DNA of 64,000 bases. It comes from Candidatus Staskawiczbacteria bacterium (GTDB taxonomy: Bacteria > Patescibacteriota > Minisyncoccia > Minisyncoccales > Staskawiczbacteraceae). Under the pieces are notes generated by a model that was not told where the DNA came from, searched no databases, and worked only from the letters and a program-made list of their open reading frames with translations. The stretch lies in contig JAHFKV010000001.1 of assembly GCA_023245155.1 (NCBI GenBank), positions 203,034 through 267,033 of the forward strand, in the 5' to 3' direction. The translations under genes and the position numbers were made by a program. How positions within the stretch are numbered: position 1 is the stretch's first letter; each line of letters begins with the position of its first letter. Positions 63,116-64,000 of the stretch are shown piece after piece.

Positions 63116-64000
63116 ATGAAAGAGCAACCACATTTTAACCAAGGTCCTAGTTCTGAAGTTGTCCCTCGATTTGGTCCGCTACCCACTCCTGTAGGTGAAA
63201 CATTTCCTTCAGAAGATGGAAAATTTCAAGCAATAACCACGGAATCTTTAGCAAACCAGGAAAAATGTTTTGCATTAGGAGATGTAATCTATTTTCCTCC
63301 TTATGCTTCCCCTGAAGATGTGGCTGATAGCTTAGATGAAGTTGATCCTGAAATTATAAAAAGCGTCACGTTCGGGCAGGAAGATCTTGTTAAGCAAGCT
63401 CGAATTTATAAGCCCTGGTTAGTTGAAGCAATAAAAGTAAATTATTTTCGATATTTTGAGCAAAACAAAAAAGAGCCCGATTGGATAGAGCAGGTGTCGC
63501 CTCTGTGTCGCCAAAATATTCGCCGCGAACACATGTTGCGCGAATATGATGATACGCTTTACATTCTTCCCTCAATACCACTTTCGGGAACAGGGGGTTA
63601 TATTATTTCTGAGGGAGGCATTACCCAGGATGTCACTAACGCCTTAGGTCTTGGTCGCCTTGGTGAAATACGCCAACTCGCCAAACTTACCGATCCGGTA
63701 ACAACAAAAGAAGAATCTCCGGGTCACTTTGCTACGGCTTTTCAGCACCGAAGGTATGCTCATAGTTTAGATACCATGGCTATTATGCGTTTAATGGCAG
63801 TAAGAAATGGTTTGGATGAACAAACTACCAATGCCGCTATCGTAGCAGCTTTGGCTCATGATATGTATACTCCTGCTGGCGGAGATACCACCAAAATGGC
63901 TGATCCGGAAAGATTTGATGAAGACGCGCGTTTTGCCGAAATTCTACAGGAACCTCTATATATAGAGCTTTGTACTAAATATAATATTGATCCCCAAGTG
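63116..64000 (+). CDS. HD-domain protein, 3'-partial (runs off the window)
   Basis: My own translation from ATG 63116 is open to the window end (295 codons). It contains HRRYAHSLD ... AALAHDMYTPAGGD, an HD-superfamily metal-site pattern. It is absent from the supplied ORF track because no stop is reached. Confidence 0.65.
   Translation, partial: MKEQPHFNQGPSSEVVPRFGPLPTPVGETFPSEDGKFQAITTESLANQEKCFALGDVIYFPPYASPEDVADSLDEVDPEIIKSVTFGQEDLVKQARIYKPWLVEAIKVNYFRYFEQNKKEPDWIEQVSPLCRQNIRREHMLREYDDTLYILPSIPLSGTGGYIISEGGITQDVTNALGLGRLGEIRQLAKLTDPVTTKEESPGHFATAFQHRRYAHSLDTMAIMRLMAVRNGLDEQTTNAAIVAALAHDMYTPAGGDTTKMADPERFDEDARFAEILQEPLYIELCTKYNIDPQV

Noticed and set aside
1-64000. An alternative genetic code (UGA recoding, as in some CPR lineages).
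   Set aside because: TGA terminates several well-defined genes, for example at 7415-7417 and 16061-16063. Conserved proteins translate full length under code 11 without in-frame TGA.
1-64000. CRISPR arrays, rRNA operons, or defence systems such as restriction-modification, toxin-antitoxin, retron or Cas genes.
   Set aside because: I saw no regularly spaced repeats and no rRNA-like conserved stretches. None of the ORFs carries recognisable nuclease/methylase, RT or toxin motifs beyond the housekeeping enzymes listed.

Overview
This is a gene-dense 64-kb chromosomal segment with about 70 CDS, mostly on the + strand and often overlapping by 1-30 nt. Gene content suggests a reduced-genome Patescibacteria/CPR-type bacterium; this is an inference, with no search run. 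The supporting features are domain-minimised Mfd, MurE-like and MGMT proteins, a tail-less FtsZ, an archaeal-type UMP kinase, a CarS homologue, PolX, ComEC/DprA, and A/T-rich leaders without Shine-Dalgarno (SD) sequences. The genetic code is standard, with TGA used as a stop.

The backbone is housekeeping: uvrB, ruvA, a MurE-like ligase, greA, polX, smpB-ssrA-infC-rpmI-rplT, pyrH, argS, ileS, recO, glyQS, metG, tatD, leuS, tsaC, glyA, topA, dprA, mfd, pth, lepB, hisS, rpsU, ybeY, ftsA, ftsZ, comEC and htrA. RNA genes are a tmRNA (14040-14393, -) and tRNA-Leu(CAA) (39318-39401, -). I saw no rRNA, CRISPR array, transposase, integrase or phage genes.

The most unusual signal is five GC-rich single-gene cassettes in intergenic gaps. 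Their hand-counted GC is 51-58%, against roughly 42% in backbone samples. Each has its own sigma70-like promoter, a consensus AGGAGG SD that backbone genes lack, and an intrinsic terminator. They encode an unknown 150-aa protein, an unknown 106-aa protein, a CsrA RNA-binding regulator, a secreted 156-aa protein and a C15 (pyroglutamyl-peptidase-like) cysteine peptidase.

Second-tier signals:
- an archaeal-type CDP-archaeol-synthase (CarS) homologue clustered with a CDP-alcohol phosphatidyltransferase and a PAP2 phosphatase
- an EamA-GT2-PAP2-UbiA locus resembling the polyprenyl-phospho-ribose pathway
- a tmRNA wedged within about 10 nt of both smpB and infC
- an FtsZ that ends at the globular core

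All functional calls come from motif recognition by eye. No database search was run.
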